Positions 1 through 8,603 are shown, counted from the stretch's first letter. The stretch is DNA of 64,000 nucleotides from an uncultured Candidatus Rokubacteria bacterium (GCA_963708025.1 CAVPSB010000014.1:160001-224000), one strand, 5' to 3'. Notes: generated by a model from the letters alone, not told the origin. A program made the numbers and translations.

Positions 1-2
1 GG

Positions 3-665
3 CGTGCTCGCGGTCGCGAGGTCCCACTTCGTGAAGACGACGTCGACGAAGGACGACCGGCCCAGCATCTCCGCGTCCAGGCAGCTCCGGACGAGCAGCG
101 CCGCGTCGTTCGCCGTCGTGAACCGGTGCTGCCGTTGCCCCAGCCTCGCCCCGTCCACGAGGATGACGAAGTGGTCGGCCCGGCGACTCAGGGTCATCCG
201 GCGGCACTCGTCGGTGGAGTCCTTGGCCAGCCGGACCAGGTCCCCCGGGATCTCCGTCAGCAACAGGTCCCGCCCCGGCCCGTCCAGGGCGGCGGGCCGG
301 ACCCGGAGGTGGAGCCACCGTGGCTCGGCGGTGGCCGCCGTCCGAGCGGTATCGGGAGTCACCCGCCCGGACTCGATGCGGGCCAGGTGACAGCGCCGCT
401 CGAAGCCGAGCAGGCTCCGGGAGCCCGCGAAGAGGTAGCCGGCGAACGGCCCACGCTGGAAGGACTCGTAGAGGGTCGTGAGTAGCATCGTCTTGCCGCT
501 GTCCGGCGGACCGGCCAGGACGACCACCCGGGTGACGGCGGCGCGCACCAAGCTCTCGGCGGCCGCCAGCCCGAGATCCCCCCCATCCGGCAGCTCCAGC
601 CAGTTACCGAGCTGAACGGACTCGCTCCTCGTTACCCCATCACCCGATGACCGACCCTCACTCAC
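3..665 (-). CDS. TRAFAC-clade GTPase of GTPase/GASH conflict systems (double-GTPase-2-like); 3' end runs off the window
   Basis: Not in the ORF track because it has no stop in the window. Manual translation from GTG 665: ...TRVVVLAGPPDSGKTMLLTTLYESFQRGPFAGYLFAGSRSLLGFERRCHLAR...DTART...LLLTEIPGD...ADHFVILVDG...VDVVFTKWD (G1, G2-Thr, G3-like and G4 motifs). Confidence 0.85.
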   Translation of the reverse strand, partial: MSEGRSSGDGVTRSESVQLGNWLELPDGGDLGLAAAESLVRAAVTRVVVLAGPPDSGKTMLLTTLYESFQRGPFAGYLFAGSRSLLGFERRCHLARIESGRVTPDTARTAATAEPRWLHLRVRPAALDGPGRDLLLTEIPGDLVRLAKDSTDECRRMTLSRRADHFVILVDGARLGQRQHRFTTANDAALLVRSCLDAEMLGRSSFVDVVFTKWDLATAST

Positions 666-679
666 GGGGCAACCTCGCT

Positions 680-901
680 GGGGCAGGGCCGAGGAGCGAG
701 CAGCGCCCACAGGCCGAAGGCCGTCCAATGGACGCAGGGAGTCGCCGACCGGAGGCGTACTCCTCGTACGCCGAGGATCGGCGACGACCCCAAAGGCCGA
801 AGGCCGTCCGAACGACGACCGTAGGTCGGGACGGACGCGAGGCCGCAGGCCGAGCGCGTCCCGACCGAGATGAACGTTGCGAAGCTCATCGGCCCTGCCC
901 C
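680..901. mobile_element. MITE-like palindromic element with 13-bp perfect terminal inverted repeats
   Basis: GGGGCAGGGCCGA at 680-692 and its reverse complement at 889-901 (17/18 when extended). Internal hairpins and two AGGCCGAAGGCCGTCC copies. A partial end copy lies at 44237-44261. Confidence 0.7.
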
Positions 902-902
902 C

Positions 903-2069
903 TCAGGACTGGCGCGTCAGGGCCCCTATGAAGAGCGCCTCCTCGTACACCTGCGTGGCCAGGTCCAGCGGACCCACCTGGGCGTAGAGGTTGACGCCCG
1001 TGACCTTGCGCACCGACGGGACCCAGTCATCGGGGCCGTCGCTGTCGATCGAGCGCCGCACGGCGCAGATCACGGGGCAGAGGTCCTCCACTGGCTCCGC
1101 GTTCAGGCCTGCCAGCCAGCGGCTCCGCCACTCCCGCGGCGCCTCGTTCACCGCCTGGTGCACCGTGGTTCCCCCCCGCAGCTCGCGCTCGACGACCCGG
1201 AGCATCTTGTCGAGCACGCCCATCGCCGCCAGCGGGCCGGGCAACACGTCGGTGAGGTCGGCCAGCTCCTTGCCGGCCACCAGGCACGCGGCCGGCAGCG
1301 GCAAGGCGGCCATCGCGTGCCCCAGGTCACGGCTGTGCTCGGCGAACAGCCACCACAGGATGTTCGTCTCCTCGCGCTGGAGCCGGAGCCGCTCCGCGTG
1401 CTCCTGCGTCACCTCGGCCGCGGCGGCCGCGATCTCGAGCAGGGCCGAGGCGACGTTCTGGATCGCCTCCATGGCGTTCCCGGTGGCGAAGGCCTGCTTC
1501 GTCTGCCCGACCGACTGGAAGGGCTCCAGGACGCGGTCGAAGTCGGCGTCCCGCGCCGGCTTGCCCGACGCTCCCGACGACCGGGGCTCCAGGAGGCCCT
1601 CCAGGTCGACGCTGGGTCGGGTCAGGCTCTTGACGTGCTTCGGGGCGCGGAGGCCGCCCGAGCGCGCCGCCAGGTAGCTCCGCGACTCGCGCAGGATGTC
1701 GGCCACTCGCTCCCCGGGGCGGAGCCCGCGGCAGTCGGCGCACGCCATGGCCAGTGCAGCCATGTCCGCCACCGGCCCGCTCCGGACGTCGAGGAGCGAG
1801 ACGATGGTGGCTCCGGCCAGCACCCGGAGCTCGGCGTCGTTGTCGCGCATCGGGAAGGTCAGGTCCCGCGTCTTGAAGCTGTCGCGGTACCGCTCGACGA
1901 AGCGGTGGTCGGTGCGTGGGGAGCCGTAGAAGAGGCGCACGACCTCCAGGGCCTCGGCGGCGTCGAGCGAGTAGACGAGGCTCGAGATCGCCTCCCACCG
2001 CTTGGCCAGGACGTCGGGCTGGGGCTCGATCGCGGCGGTGCGGTACCAATCCGCAAAGTATCGGTGCAA
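903..2069 (-). CDS. GTPase-associated system all-helical protein (GASH-like)
   Basis: 388 aa and helical. N-terminus FADWYR...LAKRWEAI, plus FPMRDNDAELRVLAG, LQREETNILWWLF and C-terminal LATQVYEEAL. Directly upstream of the TRAFAC GTPase. Confidence 0.8.
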   Translation of the reverse strand: MHRYFADWYRTAAIEPQPDVLAKRWEAISSLVYSLDAAEALEVVRLFYGSPRTDHRFVERYRDSFKTRDLTFPMRDNDAELRVLAGATIVSLLDVRSGPVADMAALAMACADCRGLRPGERVADILRESRSYLAARSGGLRAPKHVKSLTRPSVDLEGLLEPRSSGASGKPARDADFDRVLEPFQSVGQTKQAFATGNAMEAIQNVASALLEIAAAAAEVTQEHAERLRLQREETNILWWLFAEHSRDLGHAMAALPLPAACLVAGKELADLTDVLPGPLAAMGVLDKMLRVVERELRGGTTVHQAVNEAPREWRSRWLAGLNAEPVEDLCPVICAVRRSIDSDGPDDWVPSVRKVTGVNLYAQVGPLDLATQVYEEALFIGALTRQS

Positions 2070-2081
2070 GATCGTGCCCTC

Positions 2082-2321
2082 CTACGCGGCTCCGAAAGGA
2101 TTGGAGGTTGTGTCGCCGTCAGGATGCAGCGCCTCGACCTCGCGCCACACCCCGGCCAGCATGTTCCCCTCCCTGGCTCTCCGGAAGAACCGACGAAACC
2201 GCTCCATGTCGGAGACGCCGCCGTCGTCGGGCTCGGCCAGCCCCAGGGCTTCGATCACCACCATGCGCTGCTGGTGCGGAAGGGAGAAGAACCGGTAGAC
2301 GAGCCGTCTACCCGGATCCAC
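2082..2321 (-). CDS. Stand-alone GTPase-associated adaptor domain (GAAD-like) protein
   Basis: 79 aa, RRLVYRFFSLPHQQRMVVIEALGL...FRRFFRRAREGNMLAGVWREVE. Ends 12 bp before the GASH start. An in-frame stop lies upstream at 2352-2354. Confidence 0.65.
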   Translation of the reverse strand: MDPGRRLVYRFFSLPHQQRMVVIEALGLAEPDDGGVSDMERFRRFFRRAREGNMLAGVWREVEALHPDGDTTSNPFGAA

Positions 2322-2595
2322 GGGGGCCCTCGCGGCTGTCGTCGCCGTCCCTCATTGCGTGACGATTATGCTCCCGAAGGGAGCCTGTCATAAACAAAAA
2401 CCCTCCGCCTGTGGCCCGCGGCCGGCTCGCCGCCTGTGAAGCAAATGCCGACGGTTCCCGTGCCGTCGCCCGTCGGCTTCTCGCAACCCTCGGGCTCTGG
2501 CCACGCGGCCGTGGCGTTCCACTTCGAGCCGCGGCTTCTCCGCGGCCTCCGAGGGGGGAATCGGGGGGGTCTTCCGAGACCCCCCCCGGATCCTG

Positions 2596-3432
2596 TCATC
2601 GGGGCGAGCGCAGCGCCGGGTCGAGCGCGTCGCGGAGCCCGTCCCCGAAGAGGTTGAAGCCGAGCACGGTGAGGAAGATGGCCAGCCCCGGGAAGGTGGC
2701 GATCCACCAGGCGGAGGCCAGGAACTGGCGGCCCTCGACGACCATGTTGCCCCAGCTCGGGAGCGGCGGCTGGGCGCCCAGGCCCAGGTAGCTCAGGCCC
2801 GACTCGATGAGGATCGTCTGGCCGAGCAGGAGCGTGGCCTGGACGATGATGACGGGCAGGGCGTTGACCAGGAGGTGGCGGCCGAGGATCCGCCGGTGGC
2901 TGGCGCCGAGGGCGCGGGCGGCGTCCACGAACTCGCGGGCCCGGAGGCTCAGGCACTCGCCGCGGACGACGCGGGCGACGGGCGCCCAGGTGACGAGCCC
3001 GACGACGAGCGCGGTGTTGGCGACGCTGGCGCCGTAGAGGGCGACGACGACCAGGATGAGGAAGAGGGAGGGCACCGCCAGGAAGACGTCGGCGACGCGC
3101 ATGAGGCCGGTGTCCACCGGGCCCGCGAAGTAGCCGGCGGCGCCGCCGAGCGCGGTCCCGACCAGGATCGACAGGCCGGTGGCGACGAAGCCGATCTCGA
3201 GCGACACGCGACTCCCCCAGATGACCCGCGTGAGCACGTCGCGCCCGTAGCCGTCGGTCCCGAGCCAGTGACTCCCGCTCGGCGCCTGGAGCCGCTGGAG
3301 CAGGGATTGGGTCGAGTAGCTGTAGGGCGCGATGGCCGAGGCCAGGACGCCGGTCACGACCATGAGCGCCACCACGATCCCCCCCAGGAGGCCCCGGCGG
3401 TGGTGGAGCAGGCGCGCCGCCGCCGCCCTCAC
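2596..3432 (-). CDS. Peptide/nickel ABC transporter permease (DppC/OppC family)
   Basis: HWLGTDGYGRDV, EFVDAARALGAS (EAA loop), ESGLSYLGLG, FNLFGDGLRDALDP. The GTG start overlaps the upstream stop. Confidence 0.93.
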   Translation of the reverse strand: MRAAAARLLHHRRGLLGGIVVALMVVTGVLASAIAPYSYSTQSLLQRLQAPSGSHWLGTDGYGRDVLTRVIWGSRVSLEIGFVATGLSILVGTALGGAAGYFAGPVDTGLMRVADVFLAVPSLFLILVVVALYGASVANTALVVGLVTWAPVARVVRGECLSLRAREFVDAARALGASHRRILGRHLLVNALPVIIVQATLLLGQTILIESGLSYLGLGAQPPLPSWGNMVVEGRQFLASAWWIATFPGLAIFLTVLGFNLFGDGLRDALDPALRSPR

Positions 3433-4379
3433 CGGTAAGAGATCCGCGGATCGATCAGGCAGTACACGAGGTCGGTCAGCAGATTCGCCGTGATCACGAT
3501 CGCCCCCACCAGCAGGTTGACGCCCATGATCACCGGATAGTCCCGCTCGAAGACCGCCCCGACCGCCAGCCGCCCGATCCCGGGCCAGGCGAAGACGGTC
3601 TCGGTGAGGACGGCGCCGCCGACCAGGGTCGGCAGCGACAGGCCGACCACGGTGACGACGGGAATGAGCGCGTTGCGGAGGGCGTGGCGCCAGACGACGC
3701 GCCCGCCGGACAGCCCCTTCGCCCGGGCGGTGCGCACGTAGTCCTGGCGGAGGGCCTCCAGCAGGCTCGACCGGGTGAAGCGCATGAACGCCGCCATCTG
3801 GATCAGGCCGAGGGTCAGGGTGGGGAGGATCGCGTGGCGGAGGCGCGCGGCCAGGTCGCCCTCCCGGCCGTACTCGCTGAGCCCCGACGGCGGGAGCCAG
3901 CGCAGCAATTCGGAGAAGAGGAGGATCAGCATGATCCCCAGCCAGAAGCTCGGGAACGAGATGCCGAAGAGCGAGACCGCCGAGCCGAGCGTGTCCCAGA
4001 CCGTGTTCCGCCGGACCGCGGCCAGGACGCCCAGCGGGACGGCGACCACGAGGGCGAGGGCGAGGGCCCCGCCGGTGAGCTGGAGCGTGGAGGGCAAGCG
4101 GTCCCAGATCAGCGTGGCCACCGGGTCGCCGGTCTTGAAGGAGCGCCCGAGGTCGCCCTGGAGCGCGGCCAGGGCCCAGCTTCCGTACTGGACCAGGAGC
4201 GGCCGGTCGAGACCGAGCCGGTGGCGGATGCGGGCGGCCACCTCCTGGGAGAACTCGCCGCCGATGAGGACCGCCTCGGGGCCGCCGGGGGCCAGCCGCA
4301 TCAGGGTGAAGAGGATGAGCGACACCCCGATCAGCATGAGGGCGGCGAATCCGAGCCGCTTGACGATGTAGCGCGTCAG
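3429..4379 (-). CDS. Peptide/nickel ABC transporter permease (DppB/OppB family), probable CTG start
   Basis: TRYIVKRL..., GDLGRSF, DYVRTARAKGL, ETVFAWPGIG, LVYCLIDPRI. Confidence 0.93.
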   Translation of the reverse strand: MTRYIVKRLGFAALMLIGVSLILFTLMRLAPGGPEAVLIGGEFSQEVAARIRHRLGLDRPLLVQYGSWALAALQGDLGRSFKTGDPVATLIWDRLPSTLQLTGGALALALVVAVPLGVLAAVRRNTVWDTLGSAVSLFGISFPSFWLGIMLILLFSELLRWLPPSGLSEYGREGDLAARLRHAILPTLTLGLIQMAAFMRFTRSSLLEALRQDYVRTARAKGLSGGRVVWRHALRNALIPVVTVVGLSLPTLVGGAVLTETVFAWPGIGRLAVGAVFERDYPVIMGVNLLVGAIVITANLLTDLVYCLIDPRISYR

Positions 4380-4404
4380 GCTCCCTGCCCTCCGGGACCT
4401 TCGG

Positions 4405-4490
4405 GACCTCCCACCCACCCGATCTTTCGAAGGCCTTCGGCCCTTGGCCCCCTCCCCCACCCACCGGGGGGAGGGGGGCGTCGGGAGAGG
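4405..4490. repeat. REP-like G/C-tract palindromic intergenic repeat (copy 1)
   Basis: CCTCCC.CCCACCC...GGCCTTCGGCC...CCCCCTCCCCCACCCACCGGGGGGAGGGGG. Related copies lie near 43.1, 49.4, 56.2 and 62.5 kb. Confidence 0.7.
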
Positions 4491-4530
4491 GCGGCTTCCT
4501 CGCCTCCGCGTGCGGTGAGGGAGAGGAACT

Positions 4531-5952
4531 CTAGGCCGCTAGCGTGCCGATCAGGGTGGTCGCGGTGACCCGCTCGACGCGTACTGAGACCAGCTCGCCG
4601 ATGCGCGAGTCGGGCCCGTCAGAGACGACGTTGACGTTGGTGCGGGTGTGGCCCGCGAGCTGGCCGCGCCGGTTCCGCTCCTCGACGAGCACCTCGACCT
4701 CCCGCTCCACCCAGCGCTCGAGCTTCCGCCGGGAGATCCCGGCCTGGAGCGCGAGGATGGCCTGGTTGCGCGCCTCCTTGACGGCCCGGGGCACGTCGTC
4801 CGCCCACGTCGCCGCCTCGGTGCCCGGGCGGGGCGAGTACTTGAAGACGAAGGCGCTGTCGTACTCGATGGCCGCCATCAGGGCGGTCGTCGCCTCGAAG
4901 TCGGACTCCGTCTCGCCGGGGAAGCCGACGATGATGTCGGTCGAGAGCGCGACGTCCGGGACCAGCGCCCGAAGCCGCGCGACCTTGGCCGTGTACGACT
5001 CGACCGTGTAGCCGCGGCGCATCGCGCGGAGGACCCGGTCGGAGCCCGACTGGATCGGTAGGTGGAGGAACTCGCAGACCGCCCGGCAGTCGGCCATCGC
5101 CCGGAAGAGCTCCTCGTGAGCGTCGAAGGGGTGGCTCGTCGTGAACTTGACCCGCTCGATCGACGTCTTCGCGTCGATCTGCCGGAGGAGCGTCGGGAAG
5201 TCGACCAGCCGCGGCGTGTCGTCCCCGCCGCCGTCGCCGGCCGCCTCGGCCAGGAGCTGCCGCCGGAGGGCCGGCCCCCGGTAGCCCGAGCCGTCGGGGA
5301 ACCGCTTGCCGTACGAGTTCACGTTCTGGCCCAGGAGGGTGACTTGCCGGTAACCGGCGCGGGCGAGCTGCTGCACCTCCTCCAGGACCTCGCCGAGCGG
5401 CCGTGACACCTCCTGCCCCCGGGTCATCGGCACGATGCAGTAGGCACACCGCTTGTCGCAGCCTTCCATGATCGTGACGAACGCGGTGGCGCCCGGGCGC
5501 CGCCAGTCGCCGGCCGGCCGCCGGTCGAGTGGGCGCACCGCCCGGTCGACCGCCAGGATCTGCGCGCCCACCGGATCCACGGCACCCTGGCGCGACTCGG
5601 CCACCCGGGCCAGGAGATCGGGCAGGTCGTAGATCTCGGCCGGGCCGGCGACCAGGTCGACCTGGGGCAGCCGCCGGAAGACCTCCTCCCGCTGGGCCTT
5701 CGCCATGCAGCCGAGGATGCCGAGGACGAGGTCGGGGCGCTCGCGCTTCCGCTGCTGGAGGATGGCCATCTTCCCGAACGCCCGCTCCTCGGCGTGGGCC
5801 CGCACCGAGCAGGTATTGAGGAGGACGACGTCGGCCTCGTCCTCGCGCGCGACGGGCGTGTAGCCCTGGGCGGTCAGGATCCCGAGGATCTCCTCGGAGT
5901 CGCGCTCGTTCATCTGACAGCCGTAGGTCTGGAGATAGACGCGCCGGCTCAT
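4531..5952 (-). CDS. miaB: tRNA-2-methylthio-N6-dimethylallyladenosine synthase
   Basis: TYGCQMNERDSE, NTCSVR, radical-SAM CDKRCAYC, LLGQNVNSYG, DIIVGFPGET, YSPRPGT and a C-terminal TRAM domain. Confidence 0.95.
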   Translation of the reverse strand: MSRRVYLQTYGCQMNERDSEEILGILTAQGYTPVAREDEADVVLLNTCSVRAHAEERAFGKMAILQQRKRERPDLVLGILGCMAKAQREEVFRRLPQVDLVAGPAEIYDLPDLLARVAESRQGAVDPVGAQILAVDRAVRPLDRRPAGDWRRPGATAFVTIMEGCDKRCAYCIVPMTRGQEVSRPLGEVLEEVQQLARAGYRQVTLLGQNVNSYGKRFPDGSGYRGPALRRQLLAEAAGDGGGDDTPRLVDFPTLLRQIDAKTSIERVKFTTSHPFDAHEELFRAMADCRAVCEFLHLPIQSGSDRVLRAMRRGYTVESYTAKVARLRALVPDVALSTDIIVGFPGETESDFEATTALMAAIEYDSAFVFKYSPRPGTEAATWADDVPRAVKEARNQAILALQAGISRRKLERWVEREVEVLVEERNRRGQLAGHTRTNVNVVSDGPDSRIGELVSVRVERVTATTLIGTLAA

Positions 5953-6020
5953 CGAGCTTCGATTGTAGCAGAGGGATCCCCGCGGCGCGGGAGCCGGCCG
6001 GCCGGGACCCGGCGGCTCCT

Positions 6021-6962
6021 CTAGAGCGCCACGCCGAGCGCGAACAGGAACGAGTAGGCGAGCAGGACCTGGCCGGCCTGCGGGCTCATCGGAATCAGCG
6101 CCTCGTGCGTCCGGGCCCGCCAAACCCGCCGCGCGACCAGCAGGCCGTACGGCAGCGACACCAGCGGCAAGAGCACCCACGGGCCGAACCCCGCCCTCAG
6201 CCAGAACCAGAAGGGTATCAGGTAGGCGAACGCCAGCAGCGCGGCGTACTCGATCCGCGTCCAGCTGGCGCCGATGATGACGGCCAGGGTCCGCTCGCCC
6301 TTCGAGCGGTCGTAGTCGAGGTCGCGGATGTTGTCCACGAGCAGGATGGTCGTCGTGAGCGCCCCGACGGCCAGACCGGCGGCCAGGGCCGTCCCCGTCA
6401 CCGTGCCGGCGGGAAGGCCGAGCGTCCACGGCGGGGCGAGCTTCGCGGCCGCCTGCACGTAATAGGAGGCGACGACGGACACCGGACCGAAGAAGATGAG
6501 GAAGAGCGGGTCGCCCAGCCCATGGTCGCCCAGGGGAAAGGGGTTCGAGGAGTACGCGAGACTCGCGGCGGCGCTCGCCAGTCCAACGAGCGCGACCGGG
6601 AGACCGCCGACGTACAGGAGGTAGATCCCGACGAGTGCGGCGCCGACATAGCAGGCGTAGATCGCCCGGCGCAGCTCGGTCATGGTCACGACGCCACGGC
6701 GCAGCGCCTCGACGAAGAGCGCGTGCTCCACGTCATCCGGATGGCGGGTCAGGTTGTGGTAATTGTCCGTGATGACGCCGCCGAGCTGGATGAGCCAGCC
6801 CGACACGAGCGCCGCGAGCGCCGGCCAGGGCGCGAGGATGCCGTCGTGAGCGGCGAGGCCCACGGCCACCGCCACCGGAGCGAGGGCGGTCGGGAGCGTG
6901 TGCCGAGGGTACAGCAGCATCCCCACCCACACGGCGCGGCGGGTGACGACATCCGGACACAT
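6021..6962 (-). CDS. menA: 1,4-dihydroxy-2-naphthoate polyprenyltransferase (UbiA family)
   Basis: Multi-TM protein with HTLPTALAPV, DNYHN..., GLGD and DNIRDLDYDRSKGERTLAVIIG. Confidence 0.85.
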   Translation of the reverse strand: MCPDVVTRRAVWVGMLLYPRHTLPTALAPVAVAVGLAAHDGILAPWPALAALVSGWLIQLGGVITDNYHNLTRHPDDVEHALFVEALRRGVVTMTELRRAIYACYVGAALVGIYLLYVGGLPVALVGLASAAASLAYSSNPFPLGDHGLGDPLFLIFFGPVSVVASYYVQAAAKLAPPWTLGLPAGTVTGTALAAGLAVGALTTTILLVDNIRDLDYDRSKGERTLAVIIGASWTRIEYAALLAFAYLIPFWFWLRAGFGPWVLLPLVSLPYGLLVARRVWRARTHEALIPMSPQAGQVLLAYSFLFALGVAL

Positions 6963-6995
6963 GACCGTGAGACCGAGCTACTCTACCATGCGGAC

Positions 6996-8435
6996 ATGAG
7001 CCGACCGCCGCCCCGGCATCTGCTGACATCCGTCCGGCTGGGCCCGTACGAGCTGCGGAACCGGATCGCCATGGCGCCGATGACGCGCCGCCGCGCCGGT
7101 CCGGACGGCGCGCCGACATCGGCCACGGCGACCTACTACGCCCAGCGCGCCTCCGCCGGGCTCATCGTCACCGAGGCCAGCCTCGTGTCGGCGATGGGTG
7201 CCAGCTACCCCGGCAGCCCCGCCATCTACTCGGACGCTCAGGCTGCCGCCTGGAGCCGCGTGGCGGGGAGCGTGCACGCCCGCGGCGGACGGATCTTCCT
7301 CCAGCTCTGGCACGCGGGGCGCGTGTCGCATCCGTCCATGCTCCCGGGCTCGGCGGCGCCAGTGGCGCCGTCAGCCATCGCGATCCGGGGGGAGATACGG
7401 ACCGCCTCCGGGACGGAGTCCTTCCCGACGCCACGTGCGCTCGAGCCCTCGGAGATCCGACAGATCGTCGCTCAGTTCGCCATGGGCGCTCGACGGGCGC
7501 GCGAGGCGGGGCTGGACGGCGTGGAGGTTCACGCGGCGCAGGGATACCTGATCGACCAGTTCCTGCGCGACGGGTCCAACACCCGGGTCGACGCCTACGG
7601 CGGGTCTGTCGAGGGTCGCGCGCGGCTACTCCTGGAAGTCCTGGAGGCGGTGTGCGGCGCGTGGAGCCCCGGGTGCGTGGGCGTCCAGCTCTCCCCGACG
7701 AGCTCGCTCAACGACATGCGCGACAGCGATCCGGCCGGGACGTTCGGGCACATCGCCGCGCGGCTGAACGAGTTCGGCCTCGCGTACCTGCACGTCTTCG
7801 AGCCGCTCGGGCCGGAGCCCCCGGAAGCACGGATGACGCCGCGCTTGCGGGCCGCGTTCCGGGGAGCCCTGGTCGCCAACGGCGGCTACCGCGGGGAGAC
7901 CGCGGAGGCCTCGATCGCCTCGGGGGCAGCTGACCTGATCTCGTTTGGCCGCCTGTTCATCGCCAATCCCGACCTGCCCGAGCGCTTCGCAGCCGGCGCT
8001 CCCCTCGACGAGCCCGATCCGACGACCTTCTATGGCGGAGGCGAGCGGGGGTACACGGACTACCCGCCATACCGGCCGCCGGGTGACGAGCCACCGCGCG
8101 CGGTTTCGGCCACGATCGGGCAGTCGACCGGCGGGGACGATCGGATCACGGCTCCTCGGAGTCTGCTCGTCCATCTGCAGCCGCGGGTCCGGAGATGCTC
8201 GCGCGCGGCGACGACTCTGGATCCCTCGACGTGGGCGCTTGGCGCAGACCTTGCTGTGGCACGTTCGCCCGGCGTCGGGCCTTTACGCGGCCTTGACGCG
8301 CCAGGGGATGGTCTTGACACCATCTTGATCCGGCGTGGGCGACACTTTCGTCGTGCAGCTCCCGTAGGGCTGGTGAGGCGACCTGGTTGGATGTCGGCGA
8401 CCGAGGGGATTCCCCCGCGACGAGGTGCGTCATGA
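6996..8435 (+). CDS. nemA: Old Yellow Enzyme family alkene reductase (homology ends near 8075; tail likely read-through)
   Basis: NRIAMAPMTR, YYAQRASAGLIVTEA, QLWHAGRVSH, EVHAAQGYLIDQFL, FYGGGERGYTDYP. Confidence 0.9.
   Translation: MSRPPPRHLLTSVRLGPYELRNRIAMAPMTRRRAGPDGAPTSATATYYAQRASAGLIVTEASLVSAMGASYPGSPAIYSDAQAAAWSRVAGSVHARGGRIFLQLWHAGRVSHPSMLPGSAAPVAPSAIAIRGEIRTASGTESFPTPRALEPSEIRQIVAQFAMGARRAREAGLDGVEVHAAQGYLIDQFLRDGSNTRVDAYGGSVEGRARLLLEVLEAVCGAWSPGCVGVQLSPTSSLNDMRDSDPAGTFGHIAARLNEFGLAYLHVFEPLGPEPPEARMTPRLRAAFRGALVANGGYRGETAEASIASGAADLISFGRLFIANPDLPERFAAGAPLDEPDPTTFYGGGERGYTDYPPYRPPGDEPPRAVSATIGQSTGGDDRITAPRSLLVHLQPRVRRCSRAATTLDPSTWALGADLAVARSPGVGPLRGLDAPGDGLDTILIRRGRHFRRAAPVGLVRRPGWMSATEGIPPRRGAS
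8239..8255 (+). promoter_or_regulatory. Sigma-54 -24/-12 promoter motif
   Basis: TTGGCGCAGACCTTGCT has GG-N10-GC spacing. Confidence 0.45.
8281..8350 (+). promoter_or_regulatory. Four-box direct-repeat promoter (KdpE/OmpR-type), copy A
   Basis: TT[TG]A[CT] boxes start at 8282, 8293, 8314 and 8325 (11/21/11 spacing). 56/70 ungapped identity to 27993-28062. Confidence 0.75.
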
Positions 8436-8603
8436 AGACGCTCGAAATCAGCGAAGAGGAGCGGGCCGAGCTGAGGTCCATCGTCACCACCTACCTCTCG
8501 GCACGTGCGGCTGGAGATGGTGGGCACCAACAGCGTCGACTTCCGCGAGGGGCTCGAGCAGCGCGAGACGCTCCTGAAAGGTCTTCTCCGCCAGTTGGGA
8601 TGA
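8432..8603 (+). CDS. Small helical hypothetical protein (about 56 aa) with one frameshift
   Basis: GAGG RBS. MKTLEISEEERAELRSIVTTYLS / RLEMVGTNSVDFREGLEQRETLLKGLLRQLG*. The span is 172 nt, so an indel lies near 8500. Confidence 0.6.

Noticed and set aside
662-889. 75-aa ORF between GASH and the GTPase as a fourth system component
   Set aside because: It lies almost wholly within the TIR-bounded palindromic element and has no protein-like features.
8076-8435. 120-aa C-terminal extension of NemA as a novel domain
   Set aside because: It is low-complexity, runs through the promoter boxes, and an out-of-frame TGA lies near 8084. It is probably read-through from an indel.
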